DNA of 64,000 nucleotides from an uncultured Syntrophobacteraceae bacterium (GTDB lineage Bacteria > Desulfobacterota > Binatia > UBA9968): positions 16,820 through 80,819 of the forward strand of contig CAYOJC010000006.1 of the NCBI GenBank assembly GCA_964404195.1, read 5' to 3'. Each line of letters opens with the position of its first letter. Within the stretch, counting starts at the first letter, position 1. The notes under the pieces were generated by a model. That model made no database searches, was not told the origin of the DNA, and was given only the letters and a program-made list of their open reading frames with translations. Both the position numbers and the translations under genes were made by a program. This document shows, one piece after another, positions 9,076 to 19,697 of the stretch.

Positions 9076-9522
9076 GTGGACGCCGCGGGATTCCTGGGGA
9101 CCGGGGCAAGACTCGGATCGGACGTCAATCTTGTCGTCCAGCTCTTGATGGGCTTTGCCCTGGTCCTCGGAATGATTCTGGCCCGCCGCGGGCTCTTCCG
9201 GGCGCACGCGCTCTGCCAGACGAGCGTAGTGCTGCTGAATCTTCTTTTAATCGCCTCGATCATGCTGCCGCCGTTTGCGAGCGATATCGTTCCCGGACTG
9301 CCGCGGCGGCTGGATCAAGCCTACTATCTTTTGCCGACTTTACACGCCTTGCTAGGGACCATCGCCCAACTCCTCGGGCTCTATATCGTGATTCGGGCAG
9401 GCACGAACTGGCTGCCTGAAAAATTGCGTTTCCAAAATTACAAAGCCTGGATGCGAACGACGCTGGTGCTCTGGTGGAGCGTCATTGTTCTGGGTATCGC
9501 TACGTACTGGGCCTGGTTGTAG
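9076..9522 (+). CDS. DUF420 family integral membrane protein
   Basis: Four predicted TM helices, GTG start at 9076 eight nt after the hemoglobin stop; DUF420 commonly neighbours heme/oxidase genes. Confidence 0.55.
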   Translation: MDAAGFLGTGARLGSDVNLVVQLLMGFALVLGMILARRGLFRAHALCQTSVVLLNLLLIASIMLPPFASDIVPGLPRRLDQAYYLLPTLHALLGTIAQLLGLYIVIRAGTNWLPEKLRFQNYKAWMRTTLVLWWSVIVLGIATYWAWL

Positions 9523-9563
9523 ACTCCCCGTTTTAGACTTAGGATGCTCGCGAGGTAACTCCG

Positions 9564-10433
9564 ATGGTTCAGATTCCAGCGGCCACGATAGACGCGGCCA
9601 ACGCAAAGAGCCGAAGGCTCAGGGAATTAGTCCGCGCGCCGGAGATTCTCGTCATGCCCGGCGCCTACGACGTTCTCAGCGCGCGCCTGTTCGAGCAGAT
9701 GGGCTTCCAGGCGATTCAATGCACGAGCGGCGGCATCGCGGCGGTGCTCGGATATCCGGACGGCGAAGTGATGAGCCGCGACTTGACGGTTGAGATTACC
9801 GGGAAAATCGTCGCCGCGGTTTCTGTTCCGGTAAACGCCGATGCCGAGCGAGGTTACGGCGACGAGAAGGAAATTAGCGAGACCGTGCGCGCGCTCGTCG
9901 CCGTCGGGACCGCCGGAATGAACTTGGAAGACGGAGCGGGCGGTAAACAGGGCGGGGCGCGCGGTTTGGTGGAATTGAGCGAGCAGATACGGAAGATCGC
10001 CGCGGTCATGGAAACCAAGCGCGCGCTCGGCAGCGAATTTTTTCTCAACGCGAGAGTGGACGCCTTGATGGTGATGACGGACGATCCGAAAAAAGCGCTC
10101 GACGAGGCGATTCGCCGCGGCAACGCCTACGCCGAGACCGGCGGAGACTGTATCTTCTTCATGCAGGCGGTTTCGCGCGACGTGATCAGCCGGCTCGCGA
10201 AAGAGGTGAAGGCGCCCATCAGCGTTCTCGCCGGGCCGCAGACGCCCAGCGTGAGCGAGTTGCAGGATTTGGGCGTAGCGCGTGTGAGCTACGGCTCGGC
10301 TTTTCTCAAGGCGGCCATCGGCGCGACAAAAAGATTGGCGTCGGAGATTCGCGAGCAAGGAACCATCACGGCGCTTAAAGACGCGATGCAGACGCCTGAG
10401 ATCGCGGCTCTGGTGGCGGGAAAGAAAAATTGA
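9564..10433 (+). CDS. isocitrate lyase/PEP mutase family protein (carboxyvinyl-carboxyphosphonate phosphorylmutase / 2-methylisocitrate lyase-like)
   Basis: LVMPGAYDVLSARL...QAIQCTSGG and ...ERGYGD motifs typical of the PEP mutase/ICL superfamily. Confidence 0.8.
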   Translation: MVQIPAATIDAANAKSRRLRELVRAPEILVMPGAYDVLSARLFEQMGFQAIQCTSGGIAAVLGYPDGEVMSRDLTVEITGKIVAAVSVPVNADAERGYGDEKEISETVRALVAVGTAGMNLEDGAGGKQGGARGLVELSEQIRKIAAVMETKRALGSEFFLNARVDALMVMTDDPKKALDEAIRRGNAYAETGGDCIFFMQAVSRDVISRLAKEVKAPISVLAGPQTPSVSELQDLGVARVSYGSAFLKAAIGATKRLASEIREQGTITALKDAMQTPEIAALVAGKKN

Positions 10434-10897
10434 TGGAAAGAGGAAACGTCGTGTCGATTCATATTGCTCCCTCGGGCGGCGCGCCGACGAAGTCGGTCGG
10501 CGAAGTGCGCACGCTGGCGGGAAAAGGACTCTACGGCGACCGTTACTGTAATGAGGCGGGGACCTATTCGTACCAGGGAGGCTCGGCCCGGCAGGTGACC
10601 TTGATCGAAGTCGAGGCGATCGAGGCGCTCAAGCGCGACGATGGTATTGAGATCGATCCCAGCGACAGCCGGCGCAACATCGTGACCCGCGGCGTGGCGC
10701 TGAATCATCTCGTCGGCCGCGAGTTCAAGGTCGGCGCGGTCACACTGCGCGGCATCGAGCTGTGCGAGCCGTGCGCACATCTCCAGAAGCTCACGCGACA
10801 AGGCGTCATGCGCGGCCTCATCCACAGGGGCGGCCTCAATGCGGAGATTCTCACGGGCGGAGTGATCCATGCTGGAGACTTCGTGGAACTTAAATGA
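10430..10897 (+). CDS. MOSC domain-containing protein
   Basis: GDRY...QVTLI...GENL-type MOSC beta-barrel motifs, ~155 aa, overlaps the upstream stop (ATGA). Confidence 0.7.
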   Translation: MMERGNVVSIHIAPSGGAPTKSVGEVRTLAGKGLYGDRYCNEAGTYSYQGGSARQVTLIEVEAIEALKRDDGIEIDPSDSRRNIVTRGVALNHLVGREFKVGAVTLRGIELCEPCAHLQKLTRQGVMRGLIHRGGLNAEILTGGVIHAGDFVELK

Positions 10898-10915
10898 TTG
10901 CCTAGGAGGGTTTAA

Positions 10916-11545
10916 ATGAAACTCTACTATCATCCAAATTCACCCAACTGCGTGGACGTTCTCGCTACGGCGAATCACCTCGGCGTCCAGCTCGATCTTG
11001 AGCTCGTCGATTTGCTCAAGGGCGCGCAGAAAGATCCGGGTTTCTTGAAGCTGAATCCCAACGGCCGAGTCCCGACGCTCGCGGATGGCGACTTCCTGCT
11101 CTGGGAGTCAAACGCGATCATGCAATACATAGCTTCAACAAAACCGAACAACACTCTCTGGCCGGCCGACGACAAACTCCGCGCCGATATCAGCCGCTGG
11201 CAATTCTGGCAGGCTTCGCAGTGGAATAAAGCCACCGGCACGCTGGTTTGGGAGAACATGATCAAAAGATTCCTGGGCACCGGCGGGCCTGATCCCGCTG
11301 AAGTCAAGAAGGGCGAGGATCTGTTTCACGTCTCGGCCGCCGTGCTCGACGGCCACTTGAAGGATAGCCAGTGCCTTGTTGGCGACGGGCTCACTCTGGC
11401 GGACTTCTCGGTTGCCGCCATGCTGATTTACGCTCGGCCCGCGCGCCTGCCGTTGGAGAAGTACGAAAATATTCGCGCGTGGTATGCGCGTTTAGAGAAT
11501 CTTGATTCGTGGAAAAAAGCGTTGCCGGCACAAACGCCGGCCTGA
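10916..11545 (+). CDS. glutathione S-transferase
   Basis: N-terminal thioredoxin-like GST domain MKLYYHPNSPNC...LNPNGRVPTL...LWESNAIMQYI plus alpha-helical C domain. Confidence 0.85.
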   Translation: MKLYYHPNSPNCVDVLATANHLGVQLDLELVDLLKGAQKDPGFLKLNPNGRVPTLADGDFLLWESNAIMQYIASTKPNNTLWPADDKLRADISRWQFWQASQWNKATGTLVWENMIKRFLGTGGPDPAEVKKGEDLFHVSAAVLDGHLKDSQCLVGDGLTLADFSVAAMLIYARPARLPLEKYENIRAWYARLENLDSWKKALPAQTPA

Positions 11546-11548
11546 GTT

Positions 11549-14500
11549 CTAAACAGTCTCCACTTCCGGTTGAACCTGCTTCGCTGAATTCCCTTTCAAA
11601 TAATCGCGCAGGTAGCGGGCGGTGTGCGATTGCTTGCCGTCTTTGATCACATCAAGCGGCGCTCCGCAGGCGATCACGTGTCCGCCTTTCTCGCCGCCCT
11701 CCGGGCCTAGATCGATCAAGTAGTCCGCTTCCTTGATGATTTCGAGATTGTGCTCGATCGTGACCACCGTGTTGCCCATGTCGACCAGCCGGTGCAGGAT
11801 TTGGATTAATTTCACTACGTCCGCGAAGTGTAAACCCGTCGTCGGCTCGTCTAAAACGTAAAGCGTTTTTCCGCGCGACTCTTTACCCAATTCATAGGCG
11901 AGCTTGATTCTCTGCGCCTCGCCGCCCGAGAGCGTGTTGCTCGCCTGGCCGAGCGTGATGTAGCCCATGCCGATGTCGTTCAGGATCTGGAGCGGGCACA
12001 AAACTTTCGGCAGCGCGCGGAAAACATCCACCGCTTCTTCCACCGTCATGCGCAGAACGTCGCCGATATTCTTGCCGTTGTAGCGGATGTTGAGCGTCTC
12101 ATCGTTGAAGCGCTTGCCGCCGCAGGCGTCGCAGTCCAGAAACACGTCCGGCAAAAAGCTCATCTCCTTGCGGATCTTCCCCTGCCCCGCGCAGACCTCG
12201 CACCTGCCGCCGGAGACGTTGAAGGAGAATCGGTTGGGCATGTAGCCGCGCAGCCGCGCTTCGGGCGTGAGCGCGAATATGCGCCGGATCTCGTCGAGAA
12301 AGCCGACGTAGGACGCCGGAATCGAGCGCGGCGTCTTGCCGATCGGACTCTGGTCCACCTCGACGATTCGCTCCAGCGCTTGCCAGCCGGCGATGTCTTT
12401 GTGCTGTCCGGGGCGTCCGGCGAACTGCCCGAGCTTCGACTTGAGTCCCTTGTAAAGCACTTCTTTGACCAGCGTGCTTTTGCCGGAACCGGAGATTCCG
12501 GTGACGCAGCTCCAGGCGCCGAGCGGCAATTTGACGTCGACGTTCTTTAAATTGTTTGCCTTCGCGCCGTGGACGGTGAGCCAGGCCGAGCCGGCGAAAA
12601 GACGGAGCGGCCAGATTCTCTTCTTCGGCGCGTTGAGAAAATTGCCGGTGAGCGAGGCGGGGTTGCGGCGGATTTCTTCGGGCGTGCCGATCGCGACCAC
12701 GTTGCCGCCATGGACTCCCGCGCCGGGACCGAGGTCCACGATGATATCGGCGGCCTCGATCGTCGCCTCGTCGTGCTCGACCACCAGAACGCTGTTGCCG
12801 GCCTTTTGCAATTTCTTAAGCGTGCCGAGCAGCATGGCGTTGTCGCGCGGGTGCAGACCGATGGTCGGCTCGTCGAGGATGTAGCAGACGCCGCGCAGAT
12901 TCGACCCCAGCTGGGCCGCGAGACGGATGCGCTGCGCTTCTCCGCCCGAGAGCGTGTCGGCGCGCCGGTCCAGAGTGAGATAGGGCAACCCTACTTCGCC
13001 GAGAAAATCGAGCCGCTGTTGGATCTCGCGCAGAACTTTCTCCATGACCGCGCGGTCGCGGTCCGTGCCGCCGTTGTCGTGCCGGCTCAAATCGAGGCCG
13101 TGGAAATAGCGCTGGGCTTCCTTCACCGAAAGCCCGGTGACCTGCCAGATCGCCTGGCCGTTCACTTGGACCGCTTGCGCGCGGCGATTGAGCCTTCGGC
13201 CGTGGCAGGAAGCGCAGGAAGACTCGGCCATGAATTGCGACAGCCAATCGGCCAAGCCGTTCTCCGACCCGTCCCAGAGTTCTTTCAGATACGGGATGAG
13301 ACCGACAAATCCGCTATCGCCGCCGTGCACCACCCGGTCGCGAATTTTTTTGCTCAAGCGCGAGAACGGCGCTTTGACGTTGACGCGGTCTTTCTTGAGA
13401 TCGCGTAGAATTCTTTCCAGGCGTCCCCTGATCGGTCCCGCGCCGGCGGTGGCGCCGGAGGACAACGAAGAAACAATCTCTTCCAAGGGCCGGCGCTGAT
13501 TGCTGATAATCAGCTCGGGATCGAATTCCAGACTGAAGCCCACGCCGGAGCACTCCGCGCAGGCGCCGTGCCGGCTGTTGAAGGAGAACAATCTCGGGTC
13601 GAGAGTCTCATAGCCGATGCCGCAGTGAAGGCAGAAGAGACGCTGGTTGTAGATGTGCTCGCCGGAACGCGACACGAGATGCACCACGCCGTTTCCAAGG
13701 CGAAGCCCCTGCTCCACCATCGCCTCGACCTCGCGCCCGCCAGCTTTTGCCTGGCCGACGATGATGTCGATGTCGTGCTCACGGTATCGCTCCAGACCGG
13801 CGGTTAATTTCGGCGATCGGAGATCGACGACCTGTCCGTCGATGCGCGCGCGGCGGTAGCCCAGCCTGAGCGCGCCGGTGATCACCTCTTTGTGAAATCC
13901 CTTCCGTCCCCTGACGATGGGGCTCAGCACCGCGATTTCCTTTCCCCGATGAACGCGGGAGATGCGATCGAGGATCTGGCTTTTGGTCAGCGACCGGATC
14001 TCGCGCTCGCATTGCACGCAATGTTGCTTTCCGACTTTCGAATAGAGGAGTCTCAGATAGTGGTAAATCTCCGTGACGGTCGCGACGGTCGAGTTCCTTC
14101 CTCCCTGGCTGAGACGCTGCTCGATCGCGACCGTAGGCGGAATGCCGGAAAGCAGATCGACGTTCGGCCGGGCCATGATGTTCAGGAACTGCCGCGCGTA
14201 GGTGGAGAGGCTGTCGAGGTAGCGCCGCTGGCCCTCGGCGTAGATGATGTCGAAGGCGAGGGAAGATTTTCCCGAGCCGCTTAAGCCCGTGATGACGACG
14301 AAGCGGTCGCGGGGAATCTCGAGGCTGATATTTTTTAGGTTGTGCTCCTTGGCGCCGACGATTTGGATCGCATGGTTGCCGTTCCCGGAGCCGTTCGACT
14401 CCGCCACGCGCAGACTTTTTTCCAGACGCGGAACAAACGGTGAAACGGCGCCGCGCTTCAAATAGGGCTTGAGGTATCGTCCGGTGTGAGACGCGGCGCT

Positions 14501-17212
14501 GCGCGCGATCTCCTCCGGCGTGCCCTCGGCCACGATCGCGCCGCCGGCATCGCCGCCCTCCGGCCCGAGATCGATGATGTGGTCGGCGCATTTGACCACG
14601 TCCATGTTGTGCTCGATAACGATGATGGAGTGGCCCTGGTCGATCAGTTCATTGAACGCCCAGAGGAGCTTCTCGATGTCGTGAAAGTGAAGGCCGGTGG
14701 TCGGCTCGTCGAAAATAAAGAGCGTCCCCGACTTGCGCGCCTTCGCCATGTGGGCCGCGAGCTTCAGCCGCTGCGACTCGCCGCCGGAGAGCGTCGTGAG
14801 CGGTTGTCCCAGCCGGACGTAGTCCAGACCGACCGCGCGCAGCGGGCGCAGGCCGTATTCGATTTCCGTCGAGTCTTTGAAAAATTCCATCGCCTCAGCG
14901 ACCGTCATGTCGAGCACGTCGCGGATCGTGCGGCGGCGATAGGTCACCTCTAAAATTTCCTGGCGGTAGCGGCTCCCCTGGCACTCGGGGCAGGAGGTGT
15001 AAACGTCGGAGAGGAACTGCATCTCGACTTTTTCAAAACCTTCGCCCCGGCAGGTCTCGCATCGGCCTCCTTCGACGTTGAAAGAAAAAGTCGAAGGAGT
15101 GTAGCCCCGGAGGCGGGAAAGATCCGCGGCGGCGAAGAGCTTGCGGATACCGTCGAAGACTTTCATGTAGGTCGCGGGGTTCGACCGTGGCGTCGTCCCG
15201 ACCGGCGATTGATCGACCAAAATGATATCGGAGATCTTGTCCGCGCCTTCCAGGCTCGCGCAGTGCGTGACCGTTGCGCTCGGAGAGTCTTTGAGCTTCC
15301 GTAAATTGCGGTTTATCACTTCGTTGACCAGGCTCGACTTTCCTGAGCCGGAAACGCCGGTGATGCAGACAAAGAGTCCCAGCGGAATCTCGATGTCGAT
15401 GGTTTTGAGATTGTTGGCATCCGCGCCGAAAATTTTTATGGTTCGCTGCGGGATCGGCTTGCGCCTCTTCGAAGGAAACGAAATGCTCTTTCTCTGCGAC
15501 AGGTACGCGGCGGTGAGGGACTTCGGGTCGTTCAGCAGATCGCCATAAGGACCGGCGAAGACCACTTCGCCGCCTTGTTCGCCGGCTTTCGGTCCGAGGT
15601 CGATGATGTAGTCGCTCTCTTTGATGATCTCCGGGTCGTGCTCGACGACCACGACGGTGTTTTGGTTGGCGCGGAGATTGTGAAGAATTTCGACCAGGCG
15701 CCGGCTGTCGCGCGGGTGGAGGCCGATCGACGGCTCGTCAAGGACATAGAGCGTGTTCACCAGCGAGGAACCGATCGCAGTCGTGAGATCGACGCGCCCG
15801 AGCTCGCCGCCGGAAAGCGTGCGAGACTGCCGGTCCAACGTCAGATATTCGAGGCCGACGCCCATCAAATAACTTAGCCGACGCCGGATCTCGTCGAGAA
15901 TCAGGCGCGCGACGGCGTCGCTCTCAGCGCCGAGATGAAGATCTTTGAAAAAGCGATGGGCCTCGCCCACGCTCAGCGCGGCGATATCCGCGACGGTTTT
16001 TCCGTCGACGCGAAAGTTGAGCGCGTCGGGTTTCAGCCGCGTGCCCTGGCACTCCGGACAGAGGAGATAGGCGCGGTAGCGCGAGAGAAAGACGCGCACG
16101 TGCATGCGGTAGCTCTTTCGCTCAAGCCGTTGGAACCAGCCGCGAATGCCTTTGAAGCGGCCGTCGCCGTCCACGATCATTTTTTTTTGTTTTTCGCTCA
16201 GCTCGCCGTAAGGCTTCTTGGTCGGGATCTTTTTGCTTTCGCAAAATTCCATCAGCCGCGCCGTCCGCCGCGGCTTGGTCTTCCACGGCTTGATCGCGCC
16301 GTCGGCGAGCGACTTCGTCGGATCGGGAATCACAAGATCCAAATCGATGTCGATGACGCGCCCGAAGCCGCGGCAGGTTTCGCACGCGCCCAACGGGCTG
16401 TTGAACGAGAACAGATTCGGCGTGGGCTCGTGGTAGGTCAAATCGCAATGCGGACAATGGAATTGGCTGCTGAAGGGCTCCACGCGCCAGCCGTCTTCCG
16501 GGTAGTAAAAGTTTACCCTTCCCTTGCCGAACTGAAGCGCTTGTTCGAGCGAGTCGCAAATTCTCTTTCTGGCGTCGGGCCGGTAAATCAACCGGTCCAC
16601 GACAACTTCGATTCGCTCCGTCCCGGCGGGGAGATCTTCGATCTCTTCCAGATTGCAGACGGCGCGGTCGCATAAAAGACGATGGAACCCCGCTTGCTGC
16701 AACCCCGCCTTGGTCTCGCTCCAGGGAAGCGATGGAGAAATCGAAAGAGGAAAAGCCAGAACCAGAGGCGTCCCTTCGGGCATGCCGCTCAATTTCTTGA
16801 ATATCGATTGGGCCGTGTCCCGCTCCACCACACGCCCGCAGCCTTTGCAATAAAGGACCGAGACCTTGGCGAAGAGGAGCTTCAGATGATCGTGCAGCTC
16901 GGTCATCGTACCGACCGTCGAGCGCGAGGTCTTGACCGGCCGGCGCTGGTCGATCGCGATCGTCGGCGGAATGCCTTCGATGCTTTCCACGTCGGGCTTG
17001 TCCATGCGGTCGAGGAACTGGCGCGCGTAGGCGGAAAAACTTTCCACGTAGCGCCGCTGCCCCTCGGCGTAAAGGATGTCGAAAGCGAGAGTGGATTTTC
17101 CCGAGCCGCTGACGCCGGTGACGACGGTGAGCGCGTTCAGCGGAATGTCGAGGTCGAAGTTTTTAAGATTGTTCTGCTTCGCGCCGCGGATGCGGATCCA
17201 ACCTTCACTCAT
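11549..17212 (-). CDS. uvrA: tandem-duplicated UvrA-like ABC ATPase (two complete UvrA modules fused, neither with a full-size UvrB-binding domain; class III UvrA-like)
   Basis: Four Walker A sites ([36 protein letters not shown]), four ABC signature LSGGE motifs, zinc-finger Cys pairs in each half. Second module begins at [20 protein letters not shown]. Total 1887 aa. Confidence 0.9.
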   Translation of the reverse strand: MSEGWIRIRGAKQNNLKNFDLDIPLNALTVVTGVSGSGKSTLAFDILYAEGQRRYVESFSAYARQFLDRMDKPDVESIEGIPPTIAIDQRRPVKTSRSTVGTMTELHDHLKLLFAKVSVLYCKGCGRVVERDTAQSIFKKLSGMPEGTPLVLAFPLSISPSLPWSETKAGLQQAGFHRLLCDRAVCNLEEIEDLPAGTERIEVVVDRLIYRPDARKRICDSLEQALQFGKGRVNFYYPEDGWRVEPFSSQFHCPHCDLTYHEPTPNLFSFNSPLGACETCRGFGRVIDIDLDLVIPDPTKSLADGAIKPWKTKPRRTARLMEFCESKKIPTKKPYGELSEKQKKMIVDGDGRFKGIRGWFQRLERKSYRMHVRVFLSRYRAYLLCPECQGTRLKPDALNFRVDGKTVADIAALSVGEAHRFFKDLHLGAESDAVARLILDEIRRRLSYLMGVGLEYLTLDRQSRTLSGGELGRVDLTTAIGSSLVNTLYVLDEPSIGLHPRDSRRLVEILHNLRANQNTVVVVEHDPEIIKESDYIIDLGPKAGEQGGEVVFAGPYGDLLNDPKSLTAAYLSQRKSISFPSKRRKPIPQRTIKIFGADANNLKTIDIEIPLGLFVCITGVSGSGKSSLVNEVINRNLRKLKDSPSATVTHCASLEGADKISDIILVDQSPVGTTPRSNPATYMKVFDGIRKLFAAADLSRLRGYTPSTFSFNVEGGRCETCRGEGFEKVEMQFLSDVYTSCPECQGSRYRQEILEVTYRRRTIRDVLDMTVAEAMEFFKDSTEIEYGLRPLRAVGLDYVRLGQPLTTLSGGESQRLKLAAHMAKARKSGTLFIFDEPTTGLHFHDIEKLLWAFNELIDQGHSIIVIEHNMDVVKCADHIIDLGPEGGDAGGAIVAEGTPEEIARSAASHTGRYLKPYLKRGAVSPFVPRLEKSLRVAESNGSGNGNHAIQIVGAKEHNLKNISLEIPRDRFVVITGLSGSGKSSLAFDIIYAEGQRRYLDSLSTYARQFLNIMARPNVDLLSGIPPTVAIEQRLSQGGRNSTVATVTEIYHYLRLLYSKVGKQHCVQCEREIRSLTKSQILDRISRVHRGKEIAVLSPIVRGRKGFHKEVITGALRLGYRRARIDGQVVDLRSPKLTAGLERYREHDIDIIVGQAKAGGREVEAMVEQGLRLGNGVVHLVSRSGEHIYNQRLFCLHCGIGYETLDPRLFSFNSRHGACAECSGVGFSLEFDPELIISNQRRPLEEIVSSLSSGATAGAGPIRGRLERILRDLKKDRVNVKAPFSRLSKKIRDRVVHGGDSGFVGLIPYLKELWDGSENGLADWLSQFMAESSCASCHGRRLNRRAQAVQVNGQAIWQVTGLSVKEAQRYFHGLDLSRHDNGGTDRDRAVMEKVLREIQQRLDFLGEVGLPYLTLDRRADTLSGGEAQRIRLAAQLGSNLRGVCYILDEPTIGLHPRDNAMLLGTLKKLQKAGNSVLVVEHDEATIEAADIIVDLGPGAGVHGGNVVAIGTPEEIRRNPASLTGNFLNAPKKRIWPLRLFAGSAWLTVHGAKANNLKNVDVKLPLGAWSCVTGISGSGKSTLVKEVLYKGLKSKLGQFAGRPGQHKDIAGWQALERIVEVDQSPIGKTPRSIPASYVGFLDEIRRIFALTPEARLRGYMPNRFSFNVSGGRCEVCAGQGKIRKEMSFLPDVFLDCDACGGKRFNDETLNIRYNGKNIGDVLRMTVEEAVDVFRALPKVLCPLQILNDIGMGYITLGQASNTLSGGEAQRIKLAYELGKESRGKTLYVLDEPTTGLHFADVVKLIQILHRLVDMGNTVVTIEHNLEIIKEADYLIDLGPEGGEKGGHVIACGAPLDVIKDGKQSHTARYLRDYLKGNSAKQVQPEVETV

Positions 17213-17220
17213 GGAATGGC

Positions 17221-17463
17221 CTATTGTAGTTGATACCTTTCGACCACAATGCGGCGGAAGCGGGAGCCGTAGATCAAATCGAAAGTCTCGCCTTTGTCGG
17301 GAAAAAGCTCGAGGGCTTTTTCCCGCGCGTCGGCGACGAGCTTCTGAGCTTGGGCGAGGGTCAGGTCGGCTTGCCGGAGAAGCGCGGAGGTAATATCCAT
17401 CAGGGTGCGGAGCCGTTTCAGCCTTAAATCCTCGGCGCGTACTGCTTCGTCATCCGGGATCAT
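17221..17463 (-). CDS. hypothetical small protein (80 aa), 6 nt upstream of and probably cotranscribed with uvrA
   Basis: ORF from ATG (rc of cat at 17461-17463); coiled-coil-like sequence; no recognisable domain. Confidence 0.35.
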   Translation of the reverse strand: MIPDDEAVRAEDLRLKRLRTLMDITSALLRQADLTLAQAQKLVADAREKALELFPDKGETFDLIYGSRFRRIVVERYQLQ

Positions 17464-17554
17464 CGTACAACCTTTTACTTGTATCATAGGTCCGGAGCGA
17501 GTCAAGTTAAACGCGTTCGTTCGATTCTCCCCGGCGCGTTTGGTAAGCTGAGGC

Positions 17555-18229
17555 ATGCGCATCGCGGAGATCTTTTATTCCATCCAGGGCGAAGGAAGAC
17601 TTGTAGGAGTCCCGTCGGTTTTCATCCGAACGTCAGGCTGCAACCTGCGCTGCGCCTGGTGCGACACGCCCTACACGTCGTGGGAGCCCGAAGGAGAAGA
17701 GCGGAGCGTCGATGAGATATTGGCGGCGGCCAAGCGATACCCGGCAAAGCACGCCGTGGTGACCGGTGGTGAGCCGCTGCTGGCGCACGAGATCGAAGAT
17801 ATGACCAAGCAGCTCAAGCGTGAAGGCTTTCACATCACGATCGAAACCGCGGCGACAATCTTCAAGCCGGTTTCTTGCGACTTGATGTCGCTGAGCCCGA
17901 AGCTTTCCAACTCCAGGCCCGAAGGGAAATTCGCCCGGATGCACGAGGAGCACCGGCTCAATGTGCCTGTGATCCAACGATTCATTGACGGCTACGAGTA
18001 TCAGCTCAAATTCGTTGCGGACAAGAAAACGGATTTGGTCGAGATCGAAGATATTTTATCAAAGCTCAAGAATGTCGATCGCCCCCGTGTCCTCATCATG
18101 CCGCAGGGAAGAACGAAGGAAGAGTTACATGAGCGCGCGCCATGGATCGTCGAGCTGTGCAAAGAGCACGGATTTTCTTACACCCCGCGGCTGCACATCG
18201 AACTGTGGGGGAATCGGCGGGGGACGTAG
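17555..18229 (+). CDS. queE: 7-carboxy-7-deazaguanine synthase (radical SAM)
   Basis: MRIAEIFYSIQGEG...SVFIRTSGCNLRCAWCDTPY radical-SAM CxxxCxxC-type cluster motif of QueE. Confidence 0.9.
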   Translation: MRIAEIFYSIQGEGRLVGVPSVFIRTSGCNLRCAWCDTPYTSWEPEGEERSVDEILAAAKRYPAKHAVVTGGEPLLAHEIEDMTKQLKREGFHITIETAATIFKPVSCDLMSLSPKLSNSRPEGKFARMHEEHRLNVPVIQRFIDGYEYQLKFVADKKTDLVEIEDILSKLKNVDRPRVLIMPQGRTKEELHERAPWIVELCKEHGFSYTPRLHIELWGNRRGT

Positions 18230-18235
18230 CGCAAC

Positions 18236-18281
18236 ACCCTCACCCCTTCCCTCTCCCTCTGGGAGAGGGCGAGGGTGAGGG
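18236..18281. terminator. GC-rich near-perfect hairpin between convergent queE and the methyltransferase gene; probable bidirectional terminator overlapping the methyltransferase 3-prime end
   Basis: ccctcaccccttccctctccc / tctg / gggagagggcgagggtgaggg; encodes the SPSPSPRGRGKG tail of the minus-strand ORF. Confidence 0.45.
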
Positions 18282-19067
18282 AATCTGTCGAGCTTCCCGC
18301 TCCAGGACGAAAATCCGGTAATTCAAATCAAACACGATCCGGCCGTCGATCAGCCGCACGTTTTGTCCGCTCTTGTCACCCCGTATTGACTCCTTGAACA
18401 GCCGGCGAATCTTTCGTCTTACGCCCGGGGGCGTCTGCGTCAGAGCCATCCAGTCCTCGGCGTTGCGCGGCTGAACGAGCCGTCTTTCTTTCACGACTCG
18501 CAGACCCGCGTTCTTAAATAACCTTCGCCAATTTTTAAGCGGCAGCATCTCGACGTGCGACGGATCGCGCAGCTTCTCGATCGTGTTTTGGAGCCGGCTC
18601 TTCTCCGGATCGTTCTTTGACGTGTTGTCGGAGATCAGAATTCTTCCATCGGGTTTAAGCACGCGAACCATTTCTTTCAGCACGCGCTCGGGCTCAAGAA
18701 AATGGTGGAACGAAGCGCGCGTCACGACGAGATCGAAGCTCTTGTTCGGAAACGGCAGGCGGTTCACGTCCGCCCTGCGAAACGTCACGTTTTTAAAGCC
18801 TTCGCTCCGTGCCAGCGCGCGCGCCTGCTTGAGCATCTCCGCCGTGAGATCGACGCCGACGATTTCGCGCGCGTGCCTGGCGAATTCCAGCGCCACGAAG
18901 CCGGGACCGCAGGCGAGATCGAGGACGCGATCGTTCGGCTTGACGCCCGCCAGCGGCGGCAGAATTTCCAATCCGCCTTTCTGCCGCATGGCCTTGGACT
19001 GAGAAAACTGCTCGGCCTGCTTGGTGAATTCCCGCTGAACGATTTTCTCAAACGGCTTTGCACGCAT
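18240..19067 (-). CDS. class I SAM-dependent methyltransferase (UbiE/COQ5-like)
   Basis: Motif I VLDLACGPGFVALEF, post-I acidic VGVDLT, motif II FDLVV. Confidence 0.8.
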   Translation of the reverse strand: MRAKPFEKIVQREFTKQAEQFSQSKAMRQKGGLEILPPLAGVKPNDRVLDLACGPGFVALEFARHAREIVGVDLTAEMLKQARALARSEGFKNVTFRRADVNRLPFPNKSFDLVVTRASFHHFLEPERVLKEMVRVLKPDGRILISDNTSKNDPEKSRLQNTIEKLRDPSHVEMLPLKNWRRLFKNAGLRVVKERRLVQPRNAEDWMALTQTPPGVRRKIRRLFKESIRGDKSGQNVRLIDGRIVFDLNYRIFVLEREARQIPSPSPSPRGRGKG

Positions 19068-19216
19068 GGCACCGACATTTAAAGCACAGGTCGGGAGCGT
19101 TGGAAAACACTCTTTCGAGAGTCGGCCGCGATATTGACAGAGCGGGGCGAGTGATTTAGAACCTGTTCACGTCAAGACGCGTCGAACTTGGGAGTGTCGG
19201 GAAAAGGAGTCGGCTT

Positions 19217-19681
19217 ATGGCTAAAATTTCGCTGAAGGTGAACGGTAAGGCGCATGTCGTGGATACCGATTCCGACACTCCGTTGCTTTACGTCCTGCGC
19301 GACGATCTGGGTCTAAACGGTCCGAAATTTGGCTGCGGTCTGTCGCAGTGCGGCGCTTGCACCGTGATCATGGAAGGCAAAGCGATCCGCTCCTGTGAGA
19401 CGCCGGTCAAAGTCGCGAACAACCGCCCGGTAACGACGCTGGAAGGATTGGGATCGGTCAAGAAGATGCATCCCATCCAGAAGGCTTTTCTCGACGAGCA
19501 GGCAGTCCAGTGCGGTTACTGCATCAACGGCATGATCATGACGACCAAGGCGCTGCTAGACGCAAACCCGAAACCGACCGACAGCCAGATCAAGGAAGCG
19601 CTGGCGGGAAATCTCTGCCGCTGCGGCACGCATGTGCGCATATTGCGCGCGGTGAAGCGGGCTACCGGACCGAAGGTCTAA
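19217..19681 (+). CDS. iorA: (2Fe-2S)-binding small subunit of a molybdenum hydroxylase (isoquinoline 1-oxidoreductase alpha / membrane-bound aldehyde dehydrogenase small subunit-like), copy 1
   Basis: Two [2Fe-2S] motifs CGLSQCGACTV and CGYC...C...CRCGTH. GGAG RBS. Confidence 0.85.
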   Translation: MAKISLKVNGKAHVVDTDSDTPLLYVLRDDLGLNGPKFGCGLSQCGACTVIMEGKAIRSCETPVKVANNRPVTTLEGLGSVKKMHPIQKAFLDEQAVQCGYCINGMIMTTKALLDANPKPTDSQIKEALAGNLCRCGTHVRILRAVKRATGPKV

Positions 19682-19697
19682 GGAAGGAGGAAAGAAC

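Noticed and set aside
12465-17233. Numerous long ORFs on the plus strand (for example 12569-13408, 13892-14284, 15935-16675, 16682-17233) overlapping uvrA
   Set aside because: They are antisense to a strongly supported 1887-aa UvrA, have arginine/alanine-rich low-complexity translations and no motifs. They are typical spurious ORFs of high-GC DNA.
17464-17554. Hairpin aaacgcg-N19-cgcgttt upstream of queE considered as a preQ1 riboswitch
   Set aside because: It lacks the A-rich tail/pseudoknot of preQ1-I and the architecture of preQ1-II/III; probably an ordinary leader hairpin.
18040-18060. 16-nt exact match (ggtcgagatcgaagat) between queE coding sequence and the spacer after iorB copy 1 (21996-22012)
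   Set aside because: The match is isolated with no extended flanking similarity; a single 16-mer coincidence is plausible in 64 kb of biased-composition sequence.
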